Source: the human T2T-CHM13v2.0 reference genome, Homo sapiens. From it: a DNA stretch of 64,000 nt. Where the stretch lies: NCBI RefSeq assembly GCF_009914755.1, contig NC_060941.1. One strand, written 5' to 3'. Shown here one piece after another: positions 43,401-58,240 of this stretch. The first letter of the stretch is position 1. Each line of letters begins with the position of its first letter. Below the pieces are notes generated by a model. The model worked only from the letters and a program-made list of their open reading frames with translations. It ran no database searches and was not told where the DNA came from. The position numbers and the translations under genes are program-made.

Positions 43401-46400
43401 TCAACTGTGGTGGAAACTCATGAGGGGCCAGACGAGCCTCCAGCCCTGCCAGGGAGTCCTAGTGAGTGGTTCAGGGATGAGCAGGAAGGACACTTGCAGC
43501 CCACACAGACAGGAGAGTCTTTCAGATCATCCCTCTCCCAGACGCCCTCAGAAGAAAAGCTTCAGATCTGCCCCATCCCAGTGGGATCCTGCAGGATGAA
43601 CCCAGAGTGGTGGCAAAAAGGGTGCAGGCACTGCAAGGGAGGCAGCCGTACTGCACTACCAGGGGCTTCCCCAGGGCTGAAAAGGAACCCCACCTTATCC
43701 ATAGCAGCATCCTGGAGCCCAGGTGGCTCATCCCAAGTGGGACCCCAAGAGAAAGGCCAATAGAGACATCATCTGCTCTCAGTCCCAGACTTAGAGATGC
43801 AGCTATATCCAATGGAAGTAGATAGAGGGAGCTGGGGGTCTCTGGCTCAGCATCTTCTCCACTGGGGGCAAAGAAACTGGGACAGCAGCAGTGGTCCAGA
43901 GAGAGGCCAGCCCACAGAGCAGTGGCTATTTCTATCTATGTTGGCTCAGAGTGGAGCAATGAAAGAATAAAGGAATGAAAAGGAGGTCAAAGGGAGTTTG
44001 GGAGGGGATCCCCTGTGCTTCTGCCTGGGACATAAGAGAGAGGTTTGCTCATGGCTGGAGTCTGAAATCAGAAAGCACTTGCACCAGGACAGGGCAGGAT
44101 GCTGCTGTGAGCCTGCAGCTTCCACTTTAAGCCAGAGAAAGGCTGTTTGGCTGCTGTTACTACCACCCTGGGGCAACTCAGGCTAGGAAGGCAGGTGTTG
44201 TTGGGGAGATATATAACACAACATTCCCACAGAGCGTTTTCAGGGCTAGAATATACGTGTACCGGGAACAAATAAACGAGGTATCTGGACAAGACTGGCA
44301 GGAAGCTAGGTGCTTTGAGTAGGCTGCAGGAAGAGACAACAGCTGGACCAAGTTTCCAAGGACAGATGAGAGGTCGCCAGTTGGGGAAGAAGGGAGAAGG
44401 CAGAAAAGGTACCAAAGTTGCGAGGAGTAACTTAAGCAATGCCTGAAAGCCCCTGGAGAGCTGGGGAATCCAAGTGTCACAGTCACAGCTTGATAGGTGG
44501 GTTCCTGCAGCAGCAGCATCACTATTCACCTCCTTCTCATGCTGAAGAGGGGAACTCAACCCCTCCTAGGCCCAAGTAGGGATGTGCCCTCTATCCTAGA
44601 ATGTCTTAGAACCTGTGGAAGTCACCTAATGATGGAGGCCTTATTTCACAGATGAAGAAATTGAGACCCAGAGAAGTGCAGGGTCTAACTCAAGTTCACA
44701 CAACAGCCAATGGAAGAGCCAAGGCCAGAACTCAGACCCTCTGCCTTCCACCTCCTTTTCTCCTTTACAGAAGCTGCCCTTTTTCTGGTTGGGTGACATG
44801 AGAGTGTGCGGGAGGCAGGAATTGGACAGGGCACACGAAGTCACTGATTAATGAGTGGTGAGTCATCTCTCAGTGATAATCACTATGGAAACGAGTGGCA
44901 GAGACAAATTGGGGCCCTGAAGTCAGGGGTCTAGTTTTTTCATTCCTGACTTCACATTTTGCTAGAGGAAGATGGTGTGTGTTGCTAAGACATGGTTTAA
45001 GTTGAACAGCAAGGGCTGTACTTAGCTTCATCAGCCGAGCAATGAAGGCCAGCTACCATCCCAGTTTTAGAAAATGTGCTCTGTGTCACAGGACTGACCC
45101 CAAAGTCCCAAAGAGGAACTTGCCTTTAGGGCTTTCAGACCTATGCTCTCCACAGTAATAGTTGGGTATCACCATTCCAGAAGCATTCGTCCTTCCCAAA
45201 GTCTCAGGATGTTAACTTTGCAAAAGATCTTAGAAGGTGTAAGTTCCGACCTTTTATCTTCCAAACAAAATCTCATTTAATCTCATGCAACTATGAGGTA
45301 GGTACTATTGTACCTATTCTGTATATGTGAAAGCTAAGGCCCAGAAAAAGGAATGATCTAAGATCACACAATGAGGAAATGATAGAATGGAACTTCTGAA
45401 TTCTGGACGAGCCTTTTATTCTTTTATTATCCAGTACAGTAAAAATATAAGGTATTAGTCTATCTGTCTTTGCCCCTGCAAGGGGGAAAGAGGAGAAGCG
45501 CAGGGAAGAAGGTTGATATTGTAATGGAGAAACCGCAGAATGAGAACCCACTTCCCCATCTGCCCTCATGTCCGCACTTCATCTTTGAAAACTCCCTATA
45601 CCGCATGTTTCAAGAGAGACACAAAATGGGAGACAACGGAAGAAATGAAGAGAGAATATGATCAGGTGACATTTGCATGGCACTTTATAGTTTGCAGAGT
45701 GCTTCCACAGCCCTCCCTCCATTTCATCCTCAAAACAACCTTGCCCAGTAAGAGCAGGTGCAAGTACCTCTGTCCCAATTTACAGTTGAGGCTGCAGACC
45801 CTAGAAGGTTAACAGACTTGGATTCAAATTTAAACCTCCTGACACCAAATCCTGCAGTTTTTCCATTTACATTGACTTTCTTTTGCCTGTGCACGAGTGA
45901 AAATATAGGAGAAAGAAGCCAACATTCATTGAATGATAATAGTAAAAAAAAAAAAAAAAAAAATGGAGAAAATAACCACAGCTGCTAGCTCTCATTGTGC
46001 ATCTGCTGTACACACCAGGCCTTGTGCTAAATACATCACATGCACCTGATCTCTTAATCCACACACCACCTTGGTAGGGTGAGTATTGTTATCCCCGTTT
46101 TATTGGTGAAGAAGCTGAGATTCAGGGAGTTCTGTGCTTGCAGTTTCTTCTTCTGATTCACCCTCGGAGTGTTTTGTTTCCTTGTAATTCAGTTATTTTT
46201 AACTATAAAAATTCTTAGAGGTTTATTTGTGGAAACCACTTGCGTCTGAGGATGAAGGCGGATCCTAGATAGGATTTGTGTCAGCTTTTGACAACCTGAG
46301 TTACTCTAAAAGAAATTCTTGTCTTGAGGTTTTCAGATCACTCAGGTGGTATCACAAGTTCTGTCTGAAAACCTGTATAAGGACTTGCTGATGTTTCTGA

Positions 46401-49400
46401 ATTTTCAGCTGCAATTTATTGACCACTTCCACTCAATGCCTACATTTAAGATTGTTTATTTTCCTTGCACTTCCCATGGAGAGATAATATCTGATTCATT
46501 TGTATCCTGAGGGTGTGACCCATAGGGTCTGAGCTTTCTGTGGAGAAGAACTCCTATGAGACTACCCAGCCCTGGGCAGCAACAGCAGGAGAAACAGTGC
46601 CAGTTTAGCATGAACTTTCATATCCCTATCTCATTAGCCTCAGGAAGGAGCCTTGATCATTAGGAATGCACCAAAGCATCCATGGTGGTTCAGAGAGGAG
46701 ACTGGTGCTCACAGGGAGAGGCAGACAGATAAAAGTAAGAAGAAGTGGGGAAAGGAGGTGAGGCCAAGGCAGTCGAGTAGGGCTGGATGGAGAGGAGAAC
46801 CTGTGAGGAGAGGAAGGTGAGTCAGGGGAGCGCCAAGAAAACAGGGTTTCAGGAGCGTGTGATGTGGGCTAGTCTCTGAGCTGTGCTTTCTTTCTGTGCC
46901 AAAGTGAAACACTTCTGCCCTGCCTGCTCCTCAGGGTTGCCCTGCCAGAGAGATGTACTGAGAATGAGATGAGCTAATCGTGCTGAAAGTCCATTGCACA
47001 CTGCAAAGTGCTACCAGACTCAAGGCTGCAGGGGTTGTGGCCTCTGTCCCTCTTGGCCATGATCCGTGCCTCCAGAAGAGTGTGATGGAGGTAGATCTGA
47101 TGGTAATCTCCACCAATGCGTAAAATGGACTGGCTGGGACACCATCCTTTCTGCTTCCCTCACCCCTGAGTCTCTCCTGAAGCTGAACATTGGTTCCGCA
47201 ATAGAAAAAGAGCCTTGTCCTGCCAAGGGTTGCTGAGCATCCACTGGAAACTGTGTATCAGCTCTTAAGGGCTGAGCAGATGCCTAATTTAAGTATGATC
47301 TCATGTGATTGCTGCTGCCTGCTGTAGGGCAACTCTGTAGAAGACAGAGGCTGATGCCAGGGGCAGCAGCTTGGCTTGAAAGCTCAAGGTGCTGCTTTTC
47401 CAATGTGAAGTCTTGATCTCCAGTCACTTAACATCCCGAACCTGTTTTTCCATCTTAGAAAGGGGGTTACAATGTCGATTTCACAGAATTGTCTGCCAGA
47501 GGAGTGACATGGGTAACACATTCACAACCTCAAAGCTCAGCACAGGCATAAGGGCTTGCCCATTTTTTTTTTTTTGGTGGTCTCAGGACTTGTGGGCTCA
47601 CTGATACAGAGCAGCACTAGGGTCATGACCAGGAGGGCTGTTAACTCAGATGGAACAAGGAGGCATAATTGGTTTAGCAGAAAATAAGTTTGGAGCCAGG
47701 AAAATGGTACTAGACGACAAATACAAAGGATAAGAGAAATAAAAATGGGAGAATGGGCAGCAATGTTGCTAACCGAGAATGCCCAAATCAGCAGGCTTAG
47801 ACATGGCAAGCAGATTAAGCGGGCAGTTCAGAGCTAAGATCAAGAATGCCTTCTGAGCCTAGAGCTTCCTGATTTAGGCTGCATATGGCTTCTGTGTCAG
47901 GGGACACCATGGTGACCTAAATGAATCCCACAAATCTTCACCAGGTCTGTTTAGGTCTCCCTGAAAGTTTGGCAACAAGAAGCTCCGTGATCTGACTCAG
48001 CTCCCCACAAAAATACATCAATCCACTTTCCAACGATTTGCTTGCATCCAGAGCCAGCTTCTGGTCAGAGCAGCAGGCAGTCTCAGAAACAATAAACCAG
48101 GCCCTGATAAGTGGAATTCATGCCCCACTGACCACAAGTCTCAAAGTGGACAAGACAAGGAGATTAAAGCATAAAGATCCATAATCAGATTCTGACAGGG
48201 AAATCCCATTTGTGGTGCTTAGGAGGCATCCTCCAGCATGCAAGATGAAAGTCAGAGACCATCAGACCTTAGCATACGACATGCCACTGGGCAGGTGGAT
48301 CATTAACTGTGATTAAGGCACTATGCACCTCCTAGGTGGTGAATTGGAGGAGGGGACCAGATCCTATTACTGGTCACTTTGATCTCCATGTCACAGTCAA
48401 GGCGGCCACTGCAGCTCAAGATCCTGCACATAGACCTGCATAAGTATATGAAAACTCTTATTTGGAGATACTCAGAAGGCTGATGATGTTGCCATCTGTC
48501 CATCTTTTGAGAATCCTTCTCTTGTCATCTTACCATGGGTGAAAGACGACTGGGACAGGTTGTTGGGTCTGGGGGGCCCGAGGCTGGAGGGAAATCACAG
48601 TGCCCTCTGCTGTAGCAAAAGTGCCAACATTTCTTTGAATGCTAAAAAAAGGTGGAAACTGTTTAGCCTGGCCTTGAATCAGACCTCTTCTGAGCAAATA
48701 AAGACCTATTAAATGCATGGTCATCAAGACTTAGTCATTGGTTCATTTGTGCATTCACTGATTCATTTAACAATCAGTGAATATCCTCTGTGTGCAGGCA
48801 CAGTGCTCAATGCTGTGACTTCATATAGAAATGAACGAGACATGTTCACTGCCTTCTAGGACTCATAGGCTAGTGGGGCTCACTGCAGCTGGCAAGAGAG
48901 GGAGCAAAGAGAGATGGAGAAGGCTGTCCTATTCAGAGTCTAAACCCAGAGTCAAAATGAAGGGAAGCAACACTAGAAACAGGCAGTTCCATGTGGGTCC
49001 ATTGGGAAGGTGGGGCCAGGGGACAAGGGTCATGGATAAAGCTGGCATAGATTGGCTTACATATAGGAAAGAGTAGCAGAGACAGGGCCAGGAAACCAGA
49101 TTTGAACTAAGATTGGGGAGCTCCCAGAAGGATGCAGGAGGATGTTAGTCTGGCAGTTTGGGGTGAAGGGGAGGAGATGGGGCATATATGTCCTCTCCAT
49201 CCACATCTCTGATCTGCCCTTCCCTGCACCTGCACCCACTGAGATTATTGTTATAAAGTTCTGAGTTCCACTGAGTAATAGAGGAGAACCAAAGTTTTGC
49301 AAATCTGATGGAACATGAAATAAGAGAGGACATGAAATCTGATGTGTAGATTGTAAAGCAATTCACAGTTCCGTCTGCCCTGTAGCAGTGTAAACATCAC

Positions 49401-51114
49401 ATATTTTTAATCAAGATGGAAAAGTAAAATCAAAGGAAAACTATTAGCACCATCTCATGGGGAGATCTATCTTTGCCACTCCAGACTGTGTCTCCCCTCC
49501 CTCTAGGCATGAGTAGTAAGAGTGTTGCCTGTCTGTGGAGACACAGGCAGATTCTCCAGGAAAAGGAGTACAGCTCCATTGGCGTTTCGCTCTAATTACT
49601 GCTCTTAGTGGGACCTCTACTTAGGCCTTAAAGATTCCAACATCAACAGTGAACTCAATTATAATAGATTAAATGCTCTAATAAGACTCATGTACAAGGT
49701 GCTGTGGGAACATAGAAGAGGAATTGAGGATACAAGGAAGGCACCATAGAAGTAGTCATATTTGAGCTGGGTTTTGAAGGATAAGTAGGAGTTCACAAAA
49801 CAGAGAAATGGAGAAGGAAAGCTCAGGCAAAGGGACATTCGCATGCAAAAGCCACAAAGAAGGCATGTTCGACTGGGGACTGGATAGCAGTCCAATAACT
49901 CAGGATCCATTGAGGATGAAGATGAATGAATTTCCATCCATCCTTCAAAGAGATGAATTCTGAAAATGTCTGGAGGGCCTAAAGCACAAAGATAAGTTGT
50001 GTTCAATTTTATTTTCTGGTCAAAGAGGACCATCAAATTGCAGCTATTTTTCTTTCTTTGTTTGGATGGGGTTGTTCTAAGTTACATATTATGTATTTTT
50101 ACCAGTGTTAAATATTTTCAGTTTCTTATTGCTTTAAACATGAATTAAGATTATAACTAATATTTACTGGATATTCTAGGTATTTTAGATGATTTATCTC
50201 TCCTTGATCTTAAGTGCTAACTAAGCACTATATTATTTCTATTTTGCAGAATAGGATGTGAAGGGTGAAAGATATTGGCAGCCCCTTGACTGAATCTTGA
50301 AGCCTGTAAGTGGCAGAATCAGGATTTGAATCTAGGTCCATCCAATTTCCACTGTACTGTGCTAGGTGGGTGCTAAGGGCTGGACTCTGATGGGGCAGAA
50401 GGGAACACTCCTGCGTGGGAGGAAGAACAGAGGTGGCTGATAATCTATAAGCTGAATTTGACCTCTGCTGTCTCCAGCCTGCTTTACCTCATTCTGCAAA
50501 GACAAATCATCTGGAGAAACAGATTCAATGCTCTGAGCCTCACTCGGCACCACAGAGCTCCAGAGAGACTGGCTGGAGTGTGGGGATCCAGGCTCCCGCA
50601 GGAGCCTCATTTTGTCAGTGAAGCCTTTAGAGATGGCATGTGGCCTGGCCCTTTGCAGAACTGGCCAGAGATCACACAATCACGGGCTCAGAGAGTTGAA
50701 AGGGACCTTAAGGTCACCTAATCCTCCAGATGGAAGGCTTCTGCCCTGGGATGCCCACTCCCGCCAGGATCACAGGCTTACACCTCAAACGCCACCTGGC
50801 CTCTGACTGCATGGTGCCATGGCCTCAAACACTAAGTCTGCACTACACAGAGAAGGCGTGAGGACTGGCCCTGGCTTTAGAAAACCTGGAATCCAAGAGC
50901 TGCCCTGGCTTCCCCGCTTAGTAGCTGTGGACTTCGGCAAATGACTTTTCCTCTTGGATCCTCAGTTTGAGCATCTGTAAGGAAGATTGTCAATGCCTAC
51001 CTTACACTGTGATTGGGAGGATTAGACAAAGCAAGAGAAGGGAGACAGTGGACACTGCATGAAGATAAAAGCACCAAGATAAAGGAGGATGAAGAAGAAG
51101 GCAATGACTTATAG

Positions 51115-51425
51115 CAGAAGTTGTCACACTTCTTTTGTGAAGGGCCAGAGAGTAGATCTTTTAGGTATGCAGGCCAAAGGGTCTTCGTTGCAACTACTCA
51201 ATTTTTTCACTGGACCATGAAAGCAGCCACAGATGATTTGTAAAGAAATGAGTGGGACTGTGTTCTGGCATGTCTTTATAAATGGACATCTACATTTGAG
51301 TTTCATATAATGTTCACGTGGCACAAAACCTTCTTCTTTTGATTTTTTTTTTCAACTATTTAAAAATGTAAAGACCAGTGGGCCATGCAAAAACAAGTGG
51401 TGGGTCAAAGTTTCACTAACTTGAC
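51115..51425. mobile_element. MER58B-like hAT MITE
   Basis: gtgaagggccagagagtagat...tgcaactactcaa...aaagcagccacagatgat...aaaaacaagtggtggg. Confidence 0.85.
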
Positions 51426-53254
51426 TTGTGGGTGAGTTTTCTTCAGCGTAATAGGAATCCTTTGTGGACACAAAGTGATTGTGCCATGTCTTTTGGGAAA
51501 ATCTCTCCCATGGCAGGGCACGAGCGAGAACTGGTCACTTCTCTGAGGACCCTGCTCAGTGCAGATGTCACACTGCCCCCTAGCTGTTCGCTGGCCATAG
51601 ACTAGCAGCTTATCCAGGCCAGACCATGGCTTTTCCAACTCAAATCTGCATAGCCTGGCACCACACTGGACACAGAAGATACTCAATAGATTCTTCCACA
51701 ATAAATGACTGTGCTTTTGTAAATTTATAAGTTTTATTTTTAGAAAAATTAAAGGTACCGCATACCTTTTCTATGCTGCTTTGGATGTCTATGATTTCTT
51801 ATTTTATTCCAAGGAATCAAAAGAATTGATGAGGATTATTTAAAAATACACATTAGGTCCATTTTTACAAACCATGCGTCATGTCCTCCCTCAAATTCCA
51901 TAGGCCTGCTTGCCAGACTAATTGGACAGATAAGCAAAGTTACTGGCATATATGAACCTCAGTTTCCTCATCTATAAATGTGGGATCGTGTTTGGTACCA
52001 ATCTTATCAAACGGTTGTACAAAATGGAAGAGATAGTCATAGAAAGCACTTAGCACACTGCCTGGCACCTAGCAAAGGCTTAGTGAGGATTAATTATTAT
52101 TTTATTATTCTCCAAGACAGAAGTTACTGTCTACAATTCCCAATGAGAAATGAAAACTCAGAGAGCCTAGAGATGTACCTCCAAATCAGAGTGTCCACTT
52201 TCGAATCCTGGTGTGGCCAACCCCAGATCCTGATCCTTGGTAGGTGGCTGAATCAAGACTCAAGCCAAGTCTGACTGTGCCTCCTGCAAGACCTGGGTCT
52301 TGGAGAACAGTCCTGAGGCTGCCAGAGGCAGAGGGCTCTAAGAGGTTGAACCATAGTCAGAAGCAGCTACCTCAGAGGGTGTGTTAAGAAATCCTTCAGG
52401 GTCATTGTCTCTAATCAGGCGCTTTTGCTGCGTGGCCTTCCTGGGAACTTCAATTTCCCTCTCAGCCCAAGCACCTCTAGAGTTGATTACCAGGGAGGGC
52501 CTGCCCACTCTCAGTGCAGACCCAGAGGCTGCCGGGTAATTGGGCCTACTCCTCCAGCTGGAGCTGACCTACAGGAGGACCAGGCCTCTTCCTCCACACA
52601 CAAAAAGAAGTAAAACCAAAATGAAATCAGATTCCGTAATAAATGCAGACCACGTTCCCTCAGCCAATATCGAGACAAAGTCTATTCTGCTGCCTGTCAC
52701 TGGAAAAGTAATAAAGCAATAGAGAAGTGAGTTATAAAAAACCCAAACGACGGATCCCCCTTCTGAATACTGAAGGGAAGGTGGGGTTGGGAGATGGGGC
52801 AGCAATGAGTGGGGACCTGGAGTCCCAGCTTGCTGAAGCAAGCCAGGTCCACAGACATCACCTCCACCAGAACTCCCCATGCCCACTGCCTTGGCCATGT
52901 GGAGGCTGAAGTTCAGAGAGGGGAAGGGACCAATGACAGCCACCTGAAAGGTCAGAAGAAAAGTCCTGATGAGACCCTGGGTCCCCTCATCTGGGTCCAG
53001 TGCTTTCTGGGGAATCTGCAAGGGCTGGGGTGCTGGGTGGTCCTGAAGGCAGCTCCAGCCTTTTAAGCACCATCCCTGTTGCCTTTTGCACTTTCTTTTT
53101 GGGAAAAAGCAAGTGCTGGCCTGCTGGCACCAGCTCAGTGGTGGCTTAGCACTTACATCTCTTATTATATTAACTGTCAGTTAACAAATTGATCTTCAGA
53201 GGTATGATTTAGTCCCTCATTTGTCCAGGCCTGATCTATTCATTGGGAGGTAAC

Positions 53255-53645
53255 AAGTTTAGAGCCAGAAAAACCTGATTGTGAATCCTGGCTCTGTTGC
53301 TTATTAGTCAATTAATCTCTTTATCTCTCAGGCCATCCATTTTCTCCATTGTAAACAAGAATAGTAATAACATATATTTGGCAAGATTATTATGATTAGT
53401 AATAATAATAACAACAGGTATCATTTCTTGAGTGCTCACTATAAATTAGGTAACATAGTAAATGATTTACAAATACTAACTCCTTCCACCTTCACAGTGG
53501 CCCTCGGTGGTAGGCCCTGTTATGATTTCCATTGTACAGATGAAGAAAATGAGGCTCTGTGAGGATAAATATCTTGCTTAAGATCATAAAGCACATAAAA
53601 GGTAGAACTGAGATTTCAATCCAGGACTCTCCGACTCCAAAGTCT
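53255..53645. mobile_element. Two MIRs tail-to-tail (plus to about 53400, then minus)
   Basis: tgaatcctggctctg core then ttgtacagatgaagaaaatgaggct core in the opposite orientation. Confidence 0.75.
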
Positions 53646-53756
53646 ATGGTGACCTGGAAGCTGTGCCTTCCTGTGCTGTATTACCATGGTCCCCGTTCCT
53701 TTATGCTCTGTGGCCAATTTCCATTTTCAGCTTAAGAAAGAAAGCAGGGCCACTGA

Positions 53757-54145
<389 letters not shown>

Positions 54146-54199
54146 TCTTCCTCCTTTCTTACCGAAAGAACCCTTTTCTTTTCAATATCACCCTTGATA

Positions 54200-55560
54200 C
54201 ATTTCAGAGGAGGGGAGCACTGGTTACACACGTGTGATCAATTTGTGGAATTCTATTAAATTGCATACATATAGTAAATGCATTTTGTGCAAGTATATCA
54301 TATTTCAATGTTAAAAGTTTTGAAAAAGAGAAATAGACCCCATGATATCTTCAAATTGCTTTCAACTGGGAGAGAGAAAGAGAATGAGAGAGAATGAGAG
54401 AGAGGAGAGGAAGCAAACATGGCAAATGTTGAACAATGAGTGAAGAGAAGTGAATACAGGTGCTCATTCTAATATGCTTCCAAATTTTGTGTAGCTTAGA
54501 AATTTATCAAATCAAAAAGGTGGGGAAGAGATAGAAGGAAGAGTTAGATCCTTCCCTCCATCTGGATAATGGAGTGAGGATATGATGTCTGGAACCTCAG
54601 TAGGCCCATCTCTTATATGCGGTGCTATGTGATCCTAGGCAAGGTACTTCGCTGAGCTTGTTTCCTCATTCTTATCATGAGAATAAAAATAGGACCCCAC
54701 TTCTTAGGGCTGCTGTGAAGAGGAAAGAAGCTAATATATGTAAATTATTTATTATGATGTCTATTCACATCATGCATTAAAGAAAACAGGAGCAAAATGA
54801 TGGAAGATGCCTGGGTCCTTGATGATATCATCAAGTCACTGAACTCGTCCAAATACAGCCTCATTTGCACTTTTAGTCATGTGAGATAACATACTTACTC
54901 TGAGTCATTACAATTTGGGCTTTTAAAAAATTGCTGATCAAATTGCACTCCCTAGCCTAAGGAAAACATTTAAAATTCAGATGAAGATGTATTGATAATG
55001 GGAAAAAAGTAAAAAACATCCTAATTATGTAGAAATAAAGGTAGGATTAAACAAACTATGTAGGGTAAAATATTATGTAACCATCAAAAAGTGATGTCAG
55101 AAAATTGTTTCATAGCATAGGAAAATGCTTTCACTCTAATGGTGATTCCTGAAATATGCAAAAATGTAATTATAAAAGGTTGGAAGAAAATAACCCCAAA
55201 TATGTATAGTAGGCTAGATTTGAGTATTTTAATTAAATGCCTTAATATTTTTTGTATTTAAAATGACTATCATATATTATTTTATAATGGGTTAAACAGT
55301 AGGTTTCTAACCTTTATTTATGACATACACAAATATTAGAAACAAAACTATATATTTGTATGAGATCATCTACATACAATGCATTTAAAATTGAAAAAAA
55401 TAATGTGTTAAGAGTAATTACCACTGAGATGTGAGATTTTGAATGACATTTCTCCTACCTTTTTATATACACGTGCACACATATTACACATTTTCTACAA
55501 TGAGCACATGCTGCTTTAAAATCTGAAACAAATCCAATTCTTAAAAATACCAATTTATAA
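54200..55560 (+). mobile_element. AT-rich patchwork of old L1M 3' fragments with MIR and MLT1 pieces
   Basis: tggttacacacgtgtgatcaatttgt, gcaaacatggcaaatgttgaacaat, attttctacaatgagcacatg L1M-like motifs. Confidence 0.5.
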
Positions 55561-57521
55561 CTTTTACATCCAATATCATTGCTTCAAACCCTATGTCTGG
55601 TACTTAAATCAATCCAATAGATTTTCATTGAGTGTGTAATATGTACCTAATACTGTGTGATAATAATCAGTACCCTTTATTAGACACTGTGATCGTAATT
55701 TTGTATATATTATCTGTAATATTTTCAGTAAAGTATTGAATATACATATCACAATAGACCAGATTCAAATCCTGGTCTATTGTATCTACTTGGTTGCTTG
55801 CTCTCCTCCAGCTGTAGTTAAAAAAAAAATCATATAAATCAATGCAGTGTATAAACCCTGTCAAAAAATAAAAAATCTCAAAGAAGGATGAAGTGCTTTC
55901 AGCCTGGTAAGATCCAGGGAAATTTCAACAACAAGGTGGCAATGTGCAGAACCTTCAAGCAGGGTTGAACAAGGAAGAGGCCAGCTTCCTGAATGAGGGG
56001 AGTGTTGTGGGTGGTGGCTTGGACGGGAGAATGTGTCATTCAATGCTGGGGATTGCAAACTAGACCATGTTGGTTGGGGTAAATAAGTATATTAAGAGGA
56101 AGGATCAAGAATAGAAACTATAGATTAAGATGATAGAGAGCTCTGAATGTGAGGCTTTGGAATTTAAATTTCATTTGCTGGGCAATGGGGTTCCATGGTA
56201 CATTCTTTGGGCCACAGAGGGTGGGGATGGGTTTTGGAGCACATTGCTTTGATGAGTATTTAGGCAGGACCACAGGAGTGAATTAGAGAAAGGAACCTGG
56301 GCTAAGCCTGCCAACATCCATTTCTTCTTTTGGGGAAACAAAGGGACAGAAGTTTTAAAAACTGTCCAGAGTTAACAACCAAGAATGAGACAGGTTGGAA
56401 CCCCAGGCTATCTGACACTGTTGCCTACCCAGCATCTGTGGAGGTGGGATGCAGCAGCGGTCAATGCAAGGCCAGGCAAAACCGTGCCCCAGCCCTGAGA
56501 TGGGGAGGAGTGTGTTGTGTGCAGCAGAATGTGGAAAGTTCTCAGGAGTGTGGTATCTGTGGCCCAATCACCCATCAGCATGTGTGGGAGCAGTCAAACT
56601 GGGCCACACATGATCCTGTAGATTTAGGACCCTCCCTGTTTTTGCTCACTGCTCCATGGCAGCCAATATGCCTAAAGCTGGGAGCAAGCTCCCAATCCCA
56701 CCTGGGGCATCCCGGGAGGCTTATTACATTGAAGCAGCAAGCAGAGCTCCAAGGAGCAAAACGTCTCTGTTAAAGCAAAACATCATTAAGATGAGAAGAG
56801 GCAGTGTCTTCAACACCCACACAGTGCCACTGGGGCTGTAAAATGTGCCTCAAAATTAGACATGGGAAAGAGCTTCACCAGTGCTGACTGTTCATCCCCA
56901 AGGACAAGGGTAGCCTGATTCCCTCTGACTTCACCCCCAGCTCTGCCACGAAGCTGCGAGTGTTTTGTCTGAGTCTATTTGAGATGTCTTATGCAACAGA
57001 ACCTCATTTCTGAGAGGAAATGGTTTGCTTTCTTTCATACAACATTCACATTGTCAGGAAAGTTTCCCTGACATGCAGCCCGGTTTGCGCCTTTCTTGCT
57101 TATAAGAAGAACCTTGAAGTCTCCAAGGGGATATGTTCCTTAAGAAGATGTTCAAAACCCTAAATAGACTGAAATGTTCTTCTGTGGGGAAGAGTATTAC
57201 ACTGAGTACTAATTCATTGTGCTGCATTTGAGAGGCAGGATACAAGGTGTAAAGTTCTTATACTTGCTTTATTACACTGATTTCTTGCTTGCATCAAAGG
57301 TAGGTAGGTAGGATGTAGGTCAGGGGTTATTTTTGCCATTTTACAGATAAGGAAATGAAAGCTTAGAGATATTGATGACTTGACCAATAAGTCACACTGA
57401 AATTAAGCAGTAGAAATGGGTCCATTTACTCCAAATCCAAGGTCTTTCTAATACCACACTCTAGCCATCACTGTTCTGGGCACCATGGAAGTATGGCCAA
57501 TGAAGGGTCACCTGTCCCATA

Positions 57522-58240
57522 TGTGTTCATCATTAAGTTACTGTCTTTCCATTTTAAATCCACCCTTCTCTGTGCAGCTTTGTCTTACTGGTGCTGCCAA
57601 TCCTATTTTCTTGCCATCTGGGTTAACATTAGGTTGTGCTAATAGGGGGCACTAGAGGAAGGTTGCAAGGATGGAGAAAAAAAGGACTTCCAGCTTGCTT
57701 CCTGGTGGCTTCCTGCCTGCTTCTGTTCCTGGAAGCTTCACCCCAGTGGTGCTGCTTCATCTTGGCAGGGGTAGTTCCTTCCTAAAGCAGCAGCTGAACT
57801 CAGTATGTTTTTTTCAACACTTGCAGAACCAGTGGTATGCATTCCACCACCCACCACCAAAATACCAGCACCAGCTGGCAGGCACCTTCTTCTCAGTGGT
57901 CTGAAGCCAGCCCCACGGGACGCCTCCTATGTTGAGCTCAGAGACACCAGCACTAGCCAATCAGCATCTCCCTCTCAGAGGTCTGAGCTCCAGCCCAACA
58001 GGGCCCCTCCTCCAACGTCCTGCATTTTAATAATCCCAACTGCTTATGTTTTTTCCTCCAGCCCAAGGGACAGTGGATGCTTTCTGTAGTAGCTACTACT
58101 TCTGTAAAACCTTAGTGTCCTCTTTTACTTTTTCAGATACCTGGTTAATGAATTTACACCTAGTTAAAATTTTTGTATTATGTTCTCTCCATTCAAATGC
58201 CTGGGATAGTTCCTATCTCTTGAGTGGCCATTGACTGATA
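57522..58240 (+). mobile_element. Ancient ERVL solo LTR (LTR41/LTR50-like)
   Basis: aaatccacccttctct...ttaggttgtgctaatagggggcactagagg...ccattgactgata. Confidence 0.7.

Noticed and set aside
51570-51590. CTCF-like cagctagggggcag, and tgactagatggcgc near 61970
   Set aside because: Each mismatches a highly constrained core C; too weak without data.
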